Shown here: positions 26,193-34,583 of the stretch, one piece after another
Numbering within the stretch: position 1 is the stretch's first letter
How the letters are laid out: each line of letters starts with the position of its first letter
Source of the DNA: Pseudomonas fluorescens
GTDB taxonomy: Bacteria; Pseudomonadota; Gammaproteobacteria; Pseudomonadales; Pseudomonadaceae
Reading direction: 5' to 3'
NCBI RefSeq assembly: GCF_040448305.1
Contig: NZ_CP148752.1
Location: 3,978,534-4,018,533, forward strand
Length of the DNA stretch: 40,000 bases
Translations under genes and position numbers: made by a program
Notes under the pieces: model-generated
What the model saw: only the letters and a program-made list of their open reading frames with translations
Databases searched by the model: none
What the model was told of the DNA's origin: nothing

Positions 26193-26618
26193 ATGCTGGC
26201 AGTCACGCTGATCAATGCACTGGTGGTCATCATCACCGTAGTGATCCACTATGAATGTCTGTTACGCCTGAATGATTGGCTACCCCGGCTCAAGCTGTGG
26301 AGCCGTTTCAGAATCGTAGTTGGAGTATTCGGCGCCCTCCTGGCCCACGCGATAGAGGTCTGGTGCTTTGCGCTGGTCTATTACCTGATGGTGCACTCCG
26401 GCAGATGGGGCAGCCTGACGGGCAACTTCGACGGTACGCTGATGGACTGCGTTTACTTTTCCTTTACGACGTACACGACGATCGGCTTCGGCGATATTTC
26501 GCCTGTGGGCAACCTCAAATACTTGACCGGTCTACAAGCCCTTACCGGGCTGGTGCTCATCACATGGACCGCATCCTTCCTGTTTCTGGAAATGCAGAAG
26601 TACTGGAAGCGCAACTAA
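26193..26618 (+). CDS. minimal potassium-channel family protein (pore-only, 141 aa)
   Basis: K+ selectivity filter TTIGFGD in SFTTYTTIGFGDISP, flanked by hydrophobic helices. ATG 26193 has GGAG 7 nt upstream. The track start at 26109 is an extension. Confidence 0.8.
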   Translation: MLAVTLINALVVIITVVIHYECLLRLNDWLPRLKLWSRFRIVVGVFGALLAHAIEVWCFALVYYLMVHSGRWGSLTGNFDGTLMDCVYFSFTTYTTIGFGDISPVGNLKYLTGLQALTGLVLITWTASFLFLEMQKYWKRN

Positions 26619-26690
26619 TCCCTTTTCTCACTCGTATCAGACTCAACTGTCGAACTGACGGTGTGCCATCAAGCCCGGTACAGATTCGAT

Positions 26691-26990
26691 CTAGATCGCC
26701 AGAACGCAGCATGGCACCTGATACAGAATATGCTCGGTCGTGCTGCCCAAAAGCTTGTGCACACCATGGGACTGGACTCTGCCCATCACGATCACATCCA
26801 CGTTGTGTTCATTAGCAAACTCACTCAACGCTGTGACCGGATGTCCCTCAATGAAATGTCGACGATTGGAGGGCACCCCGAACCGAGCTGCCAACCCAAG
26901 GAAAGACTTTTCCAGGTCTCTGCGAAGCGCTTTGGTAAGGTCAGCAAGTGTCAGGCCGCCTCTGTGTAGACACCAGCGATTCGCCACCAA
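26691..26990 (-). pseudogene. universal stress protein (UspA-family) C-terminal remnant
   Basis: The C-terminal Usp signature …NVDVIVMGRVQSHGVHKLLGSTTEHILYQVPCCVLAI is present, but the N-terminal ATP-binding half is missing. The frame opens only with TTG, directly after an in-frame TGA (26994-26996). It sits 73 nt downstream of the giant gene stop. Confidence 0.65.
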
Positions 26991-27063
26991 TGTTCATGGC
27001 CGGTTCAGCCTGGACGGCATGCCCCTGCAACCGCATAGCTACGTGCGGCCAGCAGCAAAAGCA

Positions 27064-30000
27064 TCATGCCGTCAGGATAAAGTCCGCCTGATCGATACCT
27101 GCACTGTTAACACCGACAAGGCGAATAGAGTCCACTCCGATCCCGATCACCGTGTCCGCCCCGTCAGCCGCAATGCTCACGTTGGCAGCGAACGTTTCGC
27201 TGCTGATCCCCAGCCCCGCGATATTGAGCAAGTCCTGCCCTCCGACCGGATCGATATCGAAGCCCTGGATCGAGTCGTTGCCGAAGCCTGCCGCAGCAAA
27301 CATGAAGGTATCGTTGCCGAGGCCGCCGTTGAGCGTGTCGTCGCCCAGCCCGCCGAAGAACAGATCGTCACCCGCACCGCCAACCAGAATGTCGTTGGCC
27401 AGGCCGCCCAGCATCCTGTGGTTTGCCGCCGCGGCATCGTAGGCCAGCTCACTGCCGCTGCCCTCGGCGTTCGCCTGCAAACCCGCGGCCGCATACTGGC
27501 CGTTCAGCGCGACCTGCGTCACATGCGCACCGTCGCTTACGCTCAACATGCCGCCGGTGCCGGTGTCATTCGCTGCATAGGTGATCTGCGTATCGGCACC
27601 GAACGCAACATCGCCAAATTCCAGCTTGTCACCCGCAGTAAAACCGCTGACGCTGCCACTGAACGCCGCCGACACATCAAGCTTGAGCGTGCCTGCCGCG
27701 CCGCTGTCAAACGTCACATGCTGATCGGAGGCTGCACCGAACTCCAGTGTCGCCGAACCGCTGATTGTCGCGCTTCCCGCGCCACTGGCATCTGCGTGGA
27801 TGGTGATGTTGCCATCGTTCGCCCACAGGCTACCGCTGTTGAGGAGCGCACTTTCAATCACCAATCCGCCGCTACCACTGGCTTGCAGCACACCCGTGTT
27901 GGTGACGGCGCTGCTACCGGTATCGATCACCAGCGCATTCGCACCGCTGGCAAGGATCAGGCCCGAGTTGACCAGCATCATCTGCCCCGCTCCCAACTGG
28001 CCGGCACCCGAGATGGTGTTGTCGGCATTGGTGAGCACCGTGTCGGCGCTGCCGCCGAAAATCACGTTTTGCGCGTTGTCGGATAGCAGCACCTGGCCGC
28101 CACCGGTCAAGGTCGCGCCACGGAACAGAATCTCAAGGTTGGTCGCGCTGCCGGTGGAGCCGAGCTCGATGGTGCCGCTGTTATGGATGCTGCCACCGAA
28201 CGGCATGATCGCGCCGTCGGCAATGGTGAGGGTACCGGCGTTGTTGGTGATCGGGTCCACATCGAACTGGAAGTTCGCTTCGCTCAAGTTCGCTGCATCG
28301 ACACCTTTCAGGGTGATCGTCTGGCCGGAGCTTATGCTGACCAGTGCATTGCCATTGGCGTCGTTAGTGATGCTCAAGTCAGCAACACCGGTGACACCCG
28401 TGAAGCCGATCATGTCGATCTTGTCTGCCATGGCATCGAAACTGTAGATCTGATTGTTGCCGATCGGCTGGGCGAAGACGAAGGTGTCGGCACCGGACGA
28501 ACCGGTCAGGTTGTCGTCAGCGGACAAGGCGAAGATCGGCGTGCCGGGGGCAAAGGCCTCGACGTTATTGAATACATAGGAACTGCCCACACTGCCGTCG
28601 GCGTTAGTCCAGGTCATGTTGATGTGGAGTACCGCAGCGCCCGCGAAGCCTTCTGGTGTTGTCACGGTCAATGCTCCGGGATCGCTGGTCTGCACGGTCC
28701 AGGTGCCGTCGCCGTTGTTGATTCCGGCGTTTATAGTCCAATTTGACGGAACGTCGGCAATTGTGACAACAAAGCTATCGCTCAGGCCTGCCGATGGATC
28801 AGCAATCGCAAGGTTTATTGCTTCTCCGGACACTCCCGCAGGGTAAGTCAGGCTAATGCTTGTTGCAGCACTAACGTTGCCTGCCGCGTCCATAGCCGTG
28901 ACAAATAGCGTCTTGGTACCCATAAACTTGCCAGTCAAATCAATATTGGCGAATTGACCGCCGGTATTGGTCGTTCCGGTCCCAATTTCTGTGTCGCCGG
29001 CGCCAAACACGCCATTGCCATTGTCCAGGTAAACCTTAATGAATGAATTAGCTTCGGCGCTCCCTGAAAGCTTATGGTTTGTACCAGAGTTGTTGTAAGT
29101 CAGCCCAGTCGGTGACGCTGGCGGCGTTGTATCAATCGGAGTTTCAACGACGTTCTGCACGTTTACCGTAATCGTCTGCGTATCGATTCCGCCACTGGCG
29201 TCGGCCACCTGAACATCCACAACGTAGGCGTTGTCGCCATCGGTACCACCGACATCCTGGGGATTCTCGTAATCGGGCGCCGAATTGAACGTCAGCACCC
29301 CGCTCGAACTGATCGAGAACTTGCTGAAGTCCGTCCCGGCCGTATTCAGGAGCGAGTAGCTCAGCGTCTGCGCCGGCAGATCAGCATCGGTCGCCGCCAC
29401 CGTCGTGACCGCCGTGGTGTTCTCCGCCACATTGATCGAAGCCGTCGTACCGCCACCGTTGGAAGTGATCGTCGGTGAGTCGTTGCTGCCGGCGATATGC
29501 ACGGTGACCGAAGTGAGGGTGCCGTCCGCACTGCTCACCGCGAAGGTGTCGGTGTAGGTGGTACCGGCGGCGAACTCGTTGTGGGCGGAGTTGGCGACGT
29601 AGGTCCAGGCACCGCCGGTGCCGATGGAGAACTGGCCGTAGCTGCCGGCGGTGTTGGTTTGGGCGACGAAGGTTGCGGCGCTGTCGACGTCGCTGATGGT
29701 CAGGGTGCCGGTGGTGGAAATGTCGACGGCGGCATTGGTCTCGGTGAGGTTGGCGATGTCGGCGGACAGCACGGCGGCATCGTTGGTGCCGAGGATATGC
29801 ACGGTGACCGAAGTGAGGGTGCCGTCGGCACTGCTCACCGCGAAGGTGTCGGTGTAGGTGGTACCGGCGGCGAACTCGTTGTGGGCGGAGTTGGCGACGT
29901 AGGTCCAGGCACCGCCGGTGCCGATGGAGAACTGGCCGTAGCTGCCGGCGGTGTTGGTTTGCGCGACGAAGGTTGCGGCGCTGTCGACGTCGCTGATGGT

Positions 30001-33000
30001 CAGGGTGCCGGCGGTGGAAATGTCGACGGCGGCATTGGTCTCGGTGAGGTTGGCGATGTCGGCGGACAGCACGGAGGCATCGTTGGTGCCGAGGATATGC
30101 ACGGTGACCGAAGTGAGGGTGCCGTCGGCACTGCTCACCGCGAAGGTGTCGGTGTAGGTGGTACCGGCGGCGAACTCGTTGTGGGCGGAATTGGCGACGT
30201 AGGTCCAGGCACCGCCGGTGCCGATGGAGAACTGGCCGTAGCTGCCGGCGGTGTTGGTTTGGGCGACGAAGGTTGCGGCGCTGTCGACGTCGCTGATGGT
30301 CAGGGTGCCGGCGGTGGAAATGTCGACGGCGGCATTGGTCTCGGTGAGGTTGGCGATGTCGGCGGACAGCACGGCGGCGTCGTTGGTGCCGCTGACGGTG
30401 ACGGTCACCAGCTGGGTGTCCACGCCCCCCAGGCCGTCGCTGACTTGCACCGTAAACACCTCATCATGACTCTCGCCCGCCTTCAGCGACTGCACCGCAC
30501 TGGCGACACCATCGGTGCCATTGGCCAAGGTGTAAGTCCATTGGCCGGTGCTGTCGACGGCGATCGAGCCATAGGTGCCTGTTGGCGAGCCATTGATAGT
30601 CCATGTCGCCGTGGCGTCGTGATCGATGTCGGCCGAGCTGAACTGGCCATCGACGCTGAGCGCGGTGTCTTCCTGCACCGCGCCGGCATCGTTGCCGGTC
30701 GCGAAGCTGAGCACGGGCGCGTCATTGCTGCCGCTGACGGTGATGGTCACCAGCTGGGTGTCGACACCGCCCAGGCCGTCGCTGACCTGCACCGTAAACA
30801 CCTCATCATGACTCTCGCCAGCCTTCAGCGACTGCACCGCACTGGCGACACCATCGGTGCCATTGGCCAGCGTGTAGGTCCACTTGCCGGTGGTGTCCAC
30901 GGCGATCGAACCGTAGGTGCCGGTTGCCGCGCCATTGATGGTCCAAGTCGCCGTGGCATCGTGATCGATGTCGGTCGAGCTGAACTGGCCGTTCACGCTG
31001 AGCGTGCCGTCTTCCTGCACCGCGCCCGCAGCATTGCCCGTCGCGAAACTGAGCACGGGCGCGTCGTTGCTGCCGCTGACGGTGATAGTCACCAGTTGGG
31101 TGTCGACACCGCCGAGGCCGTCGCTGACCTGCACGCTGAACACTTCGTTGTGACTCTCGCCGGCCTTCAGCGACTGCACCGCACTGGCAACGCCATCGGT
31201 GCCATTGGCCAGCGTGTAAGTCCACTTGCCGGTGTTGTCGACGGCGATCGCGCCGTAGGTGCCTGTTGGCGAGCCATTGATGGTCCAGGTCGCCGTGGCG
31301 TCGTGATCGATGTCGGCCGAGCTGAACTGGCCATCCACGCTGAGCGTGCCGTCTTCCTGCACCGCGCCCGCAGCATTGCCCGTCGTGAAGCTGAGCACGG
31401 GCGCATCGTTACTGCCGCTGACGGTGACGGTCACCAGCTGGGTGTCGACGCCGCCCAGGCCGTCGCTGACCTGCACCGTAAACACCTCATCATGACTCTC
31501 GCCAGCCTTCAGCGACTGCACCGCACTGGCGACACCATCGGTGCCATTGGCCAGCGTGTAGGTCCACTTGCCGGTGGTGTCCACGGCGATCGAGCCGTAG
31601 GTGCCGGTTGCCGCGCCATTGATGGTCCAGGTCGCCGTGGCATCGTGATCGATGTCGGTCGAGCTGAACTGGCCATTCACGCTGAGCGTGCCGTCTTCCT
31701 GCACCGCGCCCGCAGCATTGCCGGTCGCGAAGCTGAGCACGGGCGCATCGTTGCTGCCGCTGACGGTGATAGTCACCAGTTGGGTGTCGACACCGCCGAG
31801 GCCGTCGCTGACCTGCACGCTGAACACTTCGTTGTGACTCTCGCCGGCCTTCAGCGACTGCACCGCACTGGCAACGCCATCGGTGCCATTGGCCAGGGTG
31901 TAAGTCCACTTGCCGGTGTTGTCGACGGCGATCGCGCCGTAGGTGCCTGTTGGCGAGCCATTGATGGTCCAGGTCGCCGTGGCGTCGTGATCGATGTCGG
32001 CCGAGCTGAACTGGCCATCCACGCTGAGGGTAGTGTCTTCCTGCACCGCGCCGGCATCATTGCCGGTCGCGAAGCTGAGCACGGGTGCGTCATTGCTGCC
32101 GGTAATGGTGACGGTCACCAGCTGGGTGTCCACGCCGCCCAGGCCGTCGCTGACCTGCACCGTAAACACCTCATCATGACTCTCGCCCGCCTTCAGCGAC
32201 TGCACCGCACTGGCGACACCATCGGTGCCATTGGCAAGCGTGTAGGTCCACTTGCCGGTGGTGTCCACGGCGATCGCGCCGTAGGTGCCTGTATCCGTAC
32301 CCGCAATGCTCCAAGTCGCCGTGGCGTCGTGATCGATGTCGGCCGAGCTGAACTGGCCATTCACGCTGAGCGTGGTGTCCTCCTGCACCGCGCCGGCCTC
32401 GTTGCCCGTCGCGAAACTGAGCACTGGCGCATCGTTGCTGCCGGTAATGGTGATGGTGACGGTCTGCGCCGCCGAGGCCGCGTTGCCCGCGCCGCTGTCG
32501 TCGGTGGCCACCACGGTGTAGGTGAAGCTGATGGTTTCACCGGCGCTCAGGAAGTCCAGGTTCTCGCTGCTGCTGTAGTTCCAGCTGTCCTGATCAACCG
32601 AGAAACCAGCGACCAGCGCTGCGGCCTGCGCAGCACCGAGGGTGCCGCCGCTCCAGACGAGGTCGTTATTGGAGCTTTTGCTGACCGTCACGACGTCGCT
32701 GCTGTCCAGATCGGCAAAGCTCAGCACCCCGCTGTCGCTCAGCGTGGCCGCGCCGTTGCCTTCACTCATCGCCCCGGTCGTGTCGCCGATGGTCAGCGTC
32801 GGCTGGTCGTTGGTGCCGGTCAGGGTGATCGTCACGTCCTTGGTCACCGTCGCCCCGAAGTCGTCGGTCAGCGTCACCGTGAACACTTCGGTCTTGGTCT
32901 GGCCCTCGGCCAGGTACTGCGCCGCACTGTTATTCAGCGTATAGGTCCAGCCCACGCTGCCCGCAGCACCGCCGGTGCTCTCGTCGCTGACATTGGCCAC

Positions 33001-34002
33001 CAGCGTACCCAGCGCACCGGATGGCGCACTCACGCTGGCCACATGTGCGTCATCGGCCAGGTCCACGTCGCCGAAGGCGAAGCTGCCGCTGACCACCGTG
33101 GTGCCGTCTTCGGTCACCGCACCGCTTTCGACCTCTGCCGCCGTCACCGTCGGCGCGTCATTGGTGCCAGTGATGGTGACGGTCACATTCTGCGCGACCG
33201 ACGAGCCATGACCATCGTTGATGGTGACCAGGTAAGTTTCGGTGACTGTCTGTCCCTGGGCCAGGTACTGCGCCGCCGCATTGCTCAGGTTGTACGTCCA
33301 TTGCACCGAACCGTTGGCCGCGTTCGCTGCTTCGCTTACCGCCGAGAGCTCGAACGTACCAAGATAAGTAGCGTTGCCCGCCGCCGGCGCGAACGTCGCC
33401 GTGTGCGTGTCGCTCAGGTCGATGTCGTTGAAGGTAATCGTGCCGCTGGCCGTCAGCGAGTCGGTCGTGCTCGCAGTGGTGTCGGCGTCTTCGGTCACTA
33501 TGCCGGCCTGCGCGCCGATGCAAATCGTCACACCATCATTCACACCCGAAAACTGCACTGTCGCGGTGGCCCAACTGAGCGTTCCGTTGCCGAGACGTAT
33601 CGCATAGGTAAAGCTGTCCGTCAGGAGCTCGCCAGTCGCAAGCGCCTGGAGTTGTGCCTTGAAAGCCTCTGAAAAAGTAGCGGCGTCGTAGCCGACCTTA
33701 CCGTCCGAGGTGATCCAGATCTTTGCACCATTCTCGCTGGTGTCAGTACTCGTCGCCTCAGCCCTCGCCGTATCCTGGGCCAGGAGGTCGGTCGGAGCAT
33801 AAACCTTGGTGGCAGTAGTAAGACTGTCCGCGTTGTCGAGTGACCAGAGTGTCTTCGCGCTGCCGCCGAGGTCATTGGACATGACGTCCCAATACACGAC
33901 CCCCAACAGATTTTCAGTGGAGGTAAAGACATCTTCCTTCGCCTGCGGCGTGTTGGAAAACGAAGTAACGGTTCCGCCGCTGGTAGTTGTGGTGCTAGCC
34001 AT
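27064..34002 (-). CDS. giant repetitive RTX-type adhesin-like protein (2312 aa): VCBS-type repeats, cadherin-like and Ig-like modules, beta-helix-like region, RTX nonapeptides; probable T1SS substrate
   Basis: GGGAGA RBS before ATG 34002 and no signal peptide. Repeated …WTYTL.N……VQ.L..GE…..F.V.V.DG.GG…..VT.T..G.NDAP modules. Cadherin-like …INVAENTTAVTTVAATDADLPAQTLSYSLL…FSISSSGVLTF…. RTX run GGLANDILVGGAGDDLFFGGLGDDTLNGGLGNDTF (about 27300-27415). C-terminal …VDSIRLVGVNSAGIDQADFILTA. Confidence 0.92.
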   Translation of the reverse strand: MASTTTTSGGTVTSFSNTPQAKEDVFTSTENLLGVVYWDVMSNDLGGSAKTLWSLDNADSLTTATKVYAPTDLLAQDTARAEATSTDTSENGAKIWITSDGKVGYDAATFSEAFKAQLQALATGELLTDSFTYAIRLGNGTLSWATATVQFSGVNDGVTICIGAQAGIVTEDADTTASTTDSLTASGTITFNDIDLSDTHTATFAPAAGNATYLGTFELSAVSEAANAANGSVQWTYNLSNAAAQYLAQGQTVTETYLVTINDGHGSSVAQNVTVTITGTNDAPTVTAAEVESGAVTEDGTTVVSGSFAFGDVDLADDAHVASVSAPSGALGTLVANVSDESTGGAAGSVGWTYTLNNSAAQYLAEGQTKTEVFTVTLTDDFGATVTKDVTITLTGTNDQPTLTIGDTTGAMSEGNGAATLSDSGVLSFADLDSSDVVTVSKSSNNDLVWSGGTLGAAQAAALVAGFSVDQDSWNYSSSENLDFLSAGETISFTYTVVATDDSGAGNAASAAQTVTITITGSNDAPVLSFATGNEAGAVQEDTTLSVNGQFSSADIDHDATATWSIAGTDTGTYGAIAVDTTGKWTYTLANGTDGVASAVQSLKAGESHDEVFTVQVSDGLGGVDTQLVTVTITGSNDAPVLSFATGNDAGAVQEDTTLSVDGQFSSADIDHDATATWTINGSPTGTYGAIAVDNTGKWTYTLANGTDGVASAVQSLKAGESHNEVFSVQVSDGLGGVDTQLVTITVSGSNDAPVLSFATGNAAGAVQEDGTLSVNGQFSSTDIDHDATATWTINGAATGTYGSIAVDTTGKWTYTLANGTDGVASAVQSLKAGESHDEVFTVQVSDGLGGVDTQLVTVTVSGSNDAPVLSFTTGNAAGAVQEDGTLSVDGQFSSADIDHDATATWTINGSPTGTYGAIAVDNTGKWTYTLANGTDGVASAVQSLKAGESHNEVFSVQVSDGLGGVDTQLVTITVSGSNDAPVLSFATGNAAGAVQEDGTLSVNGQFSSTDIDHDATATWTINGAATGTYGSIAVDTTGKWTYTLANGTDGVASAVQSLKAGESHDEVFTVQVSDGLGGVDTQLVTITVSGSNDAPVLSFATGNDAGAVQEDTALSVDGQFSSADIDHDATATWTINGSPTGTYGSIAVDSTGQWTYTLANGTDGVASAVQSLKAGESHDEVFTVQVSDGLGGVDTQLVTVTVSGTNDAAVLSADIANLTETNAAVDISTAGTLTISDVDSAATFVAQTNTAGSYGQFSIGTGGAWTYVANSAHNEFAAGTTYTDTFAVSSADGTLTSVTVHILGTNDASVLSADIANLTETNAAVDISTAGTLTISDVDSAATFVAQTNTAGSYGQFSIGTGGAWTYVANSAHNEFAAGTTYTDTFAVSSADGTLTSVTVHILGTNDAAVLSADIANLTETNAAVDISTTGTLTISDVDSAATFVAQTNTAGSYGQFSIGTGGAWTYVANSAHNEFAAGTTYTDTFAVSSADGTLTSVTVHIAGSNDSPTITSNGGGTTASINVAENTTAVTTVAATDADLPAQTLSYSLLNTAGTDFSKFSISSSGVLTFNSAPDYENPQDVGGTDGDNAYVVDVQVADASGGIDTQTITVNVQNVVETPIDTTPPASPTGLTYNNSGTNHKLSGSAEANSFIKVYLDNGNGVFGAGDTEIGTGTTNTGGQFANIDLTGKFMGTKTLFVTAMDAAGNVSAATSISLTYPAGVSGEAINLAIADPSAGLSDSFVVTIADVPSNWTINAGINNGDGTWTVQTSDPGALTVTTPEGFAGAAVLHINMTWTNADGSVGSSYVFNNVEAFAPGTPIFALSADDNLTGSSGADTFVFAQPIGNNQIYSFDAMADKIDMIGFTGVTGVADLSITNDANGNALVSISSGQTITLKGVDAANLSEANFQFDVDPITNNAGTLTIADGAIMPFGGSIHNSGTIELGSTGSATNLEILFRGATLTGGGQVLLSDNAQNVIFGGSADTVLTNADNTISGAGQLGAGQMMLVNSGLILASGANALVIDTGSSAVTNTGVLQASGSGGLVIESALLNSGSLWANDGNITIHADASGAGSATISGSATLEFGAASDQHVTFDSGAAGTLKLDVSAAFSGSVSGFTAGDKLEFGDVAFGADTQITYAANDTGTGGMLSVSDGAHVTQVALNGQYAAAGLQANAEGSGSELAYDAAAANHRMLGGLANDILVGGAGDDLFFGGLGDDTLNGGLGNDTFMFAAAGFGNDSIQGFDIDPVGGQDLLNIAGLGISSETFAANVSIAADGADTVIGIGVDSIRLVGVNSAGIDQADFILTA
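29485..30384 (-). repeat. 3 x 300-bp (100-aa) near-identical in-frame tandem repeat
   Basis: Units start (protein direction) at 30384, 30084 and 29784. The unit is ND(A/S)xVLSADIANLTETNAAVDIST.GTLTISDVDSAATFVAQTNTAGSYGQFSIGTGGAWTYVANSAHNEFAAGTTYTDTFAVSSADGTLTSVTVHI.G. Only a few nucleotide differences between copies. Confidence 0.95.
30385..32436 (-). repeat. 6 x 342-bp (114-aa) tandem repeat with 684-bp higher-order periodicity
   Basis: Units start at 32436, 32094, 31752, 31410, 31068 and 30726. Antisense track ORFs recur every 342 bp (30626…32336). Those at 30968 and 31652 are identical, and 30806..31225 versus 31490..31909 are nearly identical. Confidence 0.95.
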
Positions 34003-34030
34003 GTCTTTCTCCCAAGAATTTCACTCTGAG

Positions 34031-34057
34031 CAAAAAACCGCTGTGGGCCGCTAACAG
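34031..34057 (-). terminator. weak hairpin + U-run between pilZ and the adhesin gene (possible attenuator / leaky terminator)
   Basis: On the minus strand: GCUGU-UAGCGGCCC-ACAGC followed by GGUUUUUU. The stem is only 5 bp, so function is uncertain. Confidence 0.3.
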
Positions 34058-34091
34058 CCACATGCCGATTCCTCCTCAACCCACGAACACT

Positions 34092-34379
34092 TCACTCCAC
34101 CGGTACCAGCCGGCTGGCCAGCAGCTTCACGCCCACCCCGACCCTGCCGCCCTGCGGCTCAATGCGCACGATTTGTCCTTGCGCCTTGAACTTCATGGGG
34201 CCGCCGGGGGTGTCGAGTTCGATCTCGAAGTCAATCAAGCTACCCATCTGCTGCTCGCTTTCGGTTTCGAAATACAAACCGGAGGCGCTGATGTCACGGA
34301 TGACACCGCTGCCCCCGCCGATCAGTTGCAGCGACAGGGTGACTTGTTCACGGGGCTCAATTCGGTGTGCGTCTTTCAT
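34092..34379 (-). CDS. stand-alone PilZ-domain protein (predicted c-di-GMP binding), 95 aa
   Basis: Both halves of the PilZ c-di-GMP motif are present: RxxxR (HRIEPR, residues 5-10) and DxSxxG (DISASG). It is the size of a single PilZ barrel. It lies 89 nt upstream of, and co-directional with, the giant adhesin gene. Confidence 0.8.
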   Translation of the reverse strand: MKDAHRIEPREQVTLSLQLIGGGSGVIRDISASGLYFETESEQQMGSLIDFEIELDTPGGPMKFKAQGQIVRIEPQGGRVGVGVKLLASRLVPVE

Positions 34380-34449
34380 GGCTGCAGTCTAAAAACGGCC
34401 GCTGTTTTTTACATGAGTGCGCTATCCCTTTTTTTCTGGGAGTCAATCA

Positions 34450-34487
34450 CCCATGAAAACAGTGTTTTACGGGACAAATGTCATGGG
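34450..34487. promoter_or_regulatory. nested inverted repeat in the pilZ / luxR-type divergent intergenic region
   Basis: CCCATGA (34450-34456) … TCATGGG (34481-34487) enclose AAAAC-AGT-GTTTT (34456-34468). Confidence 0.35.
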
Positions 34488-34583
34488 AGGGGGTGCCTGA
34501 AGCGCTATAGAAAAAAGCTACAGGCTGCAACGATTGCTATCATGATCAGCTAACACAACCCGCCTAAAGAGGCAGCGACCCGC

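Noticed and set aside
26740-28086. 448-aa + strand ORF
   Set aside because: It is antisense to the Usp remnant and to the 3' end of the giant adhesin gene, with Arg/Ala-rich nonsense composition.
29485-32436. Regularly spaced repeats that could superficially suggest a CRISPR array
   Set aside because: The periods are 300 and 342 bp, with no short repeat / unique spacer alternation. The whole unit is repeated in frame within a continuous ORF, and no cas genes are present.
29497-33672. 1391-aa + strand ORF, with many 61-139-aa ORFs on both strands recurring every 300/342 bp
   Set aside because: It lies antisense to the giant adhesin gene. Its translation is low-complexity (Gly/Arg/Ala/Val-rich) and merely mirrors the repeat structure. 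Long stop-free shadow frames of this kind are expected in GC-rich repetitive coding DNA.
33600-34002. LapG-type cleavage site / retention module at the adhesin N-terminus (also checked in the 2660.. protein)
   Set aside because: No (T/P/A)AAG-like di-alanine motif in the expected context. The only AA dipeptides are DAATF, and GAAL in the other protein. LapA/MapA-like classification was therefore rejected.
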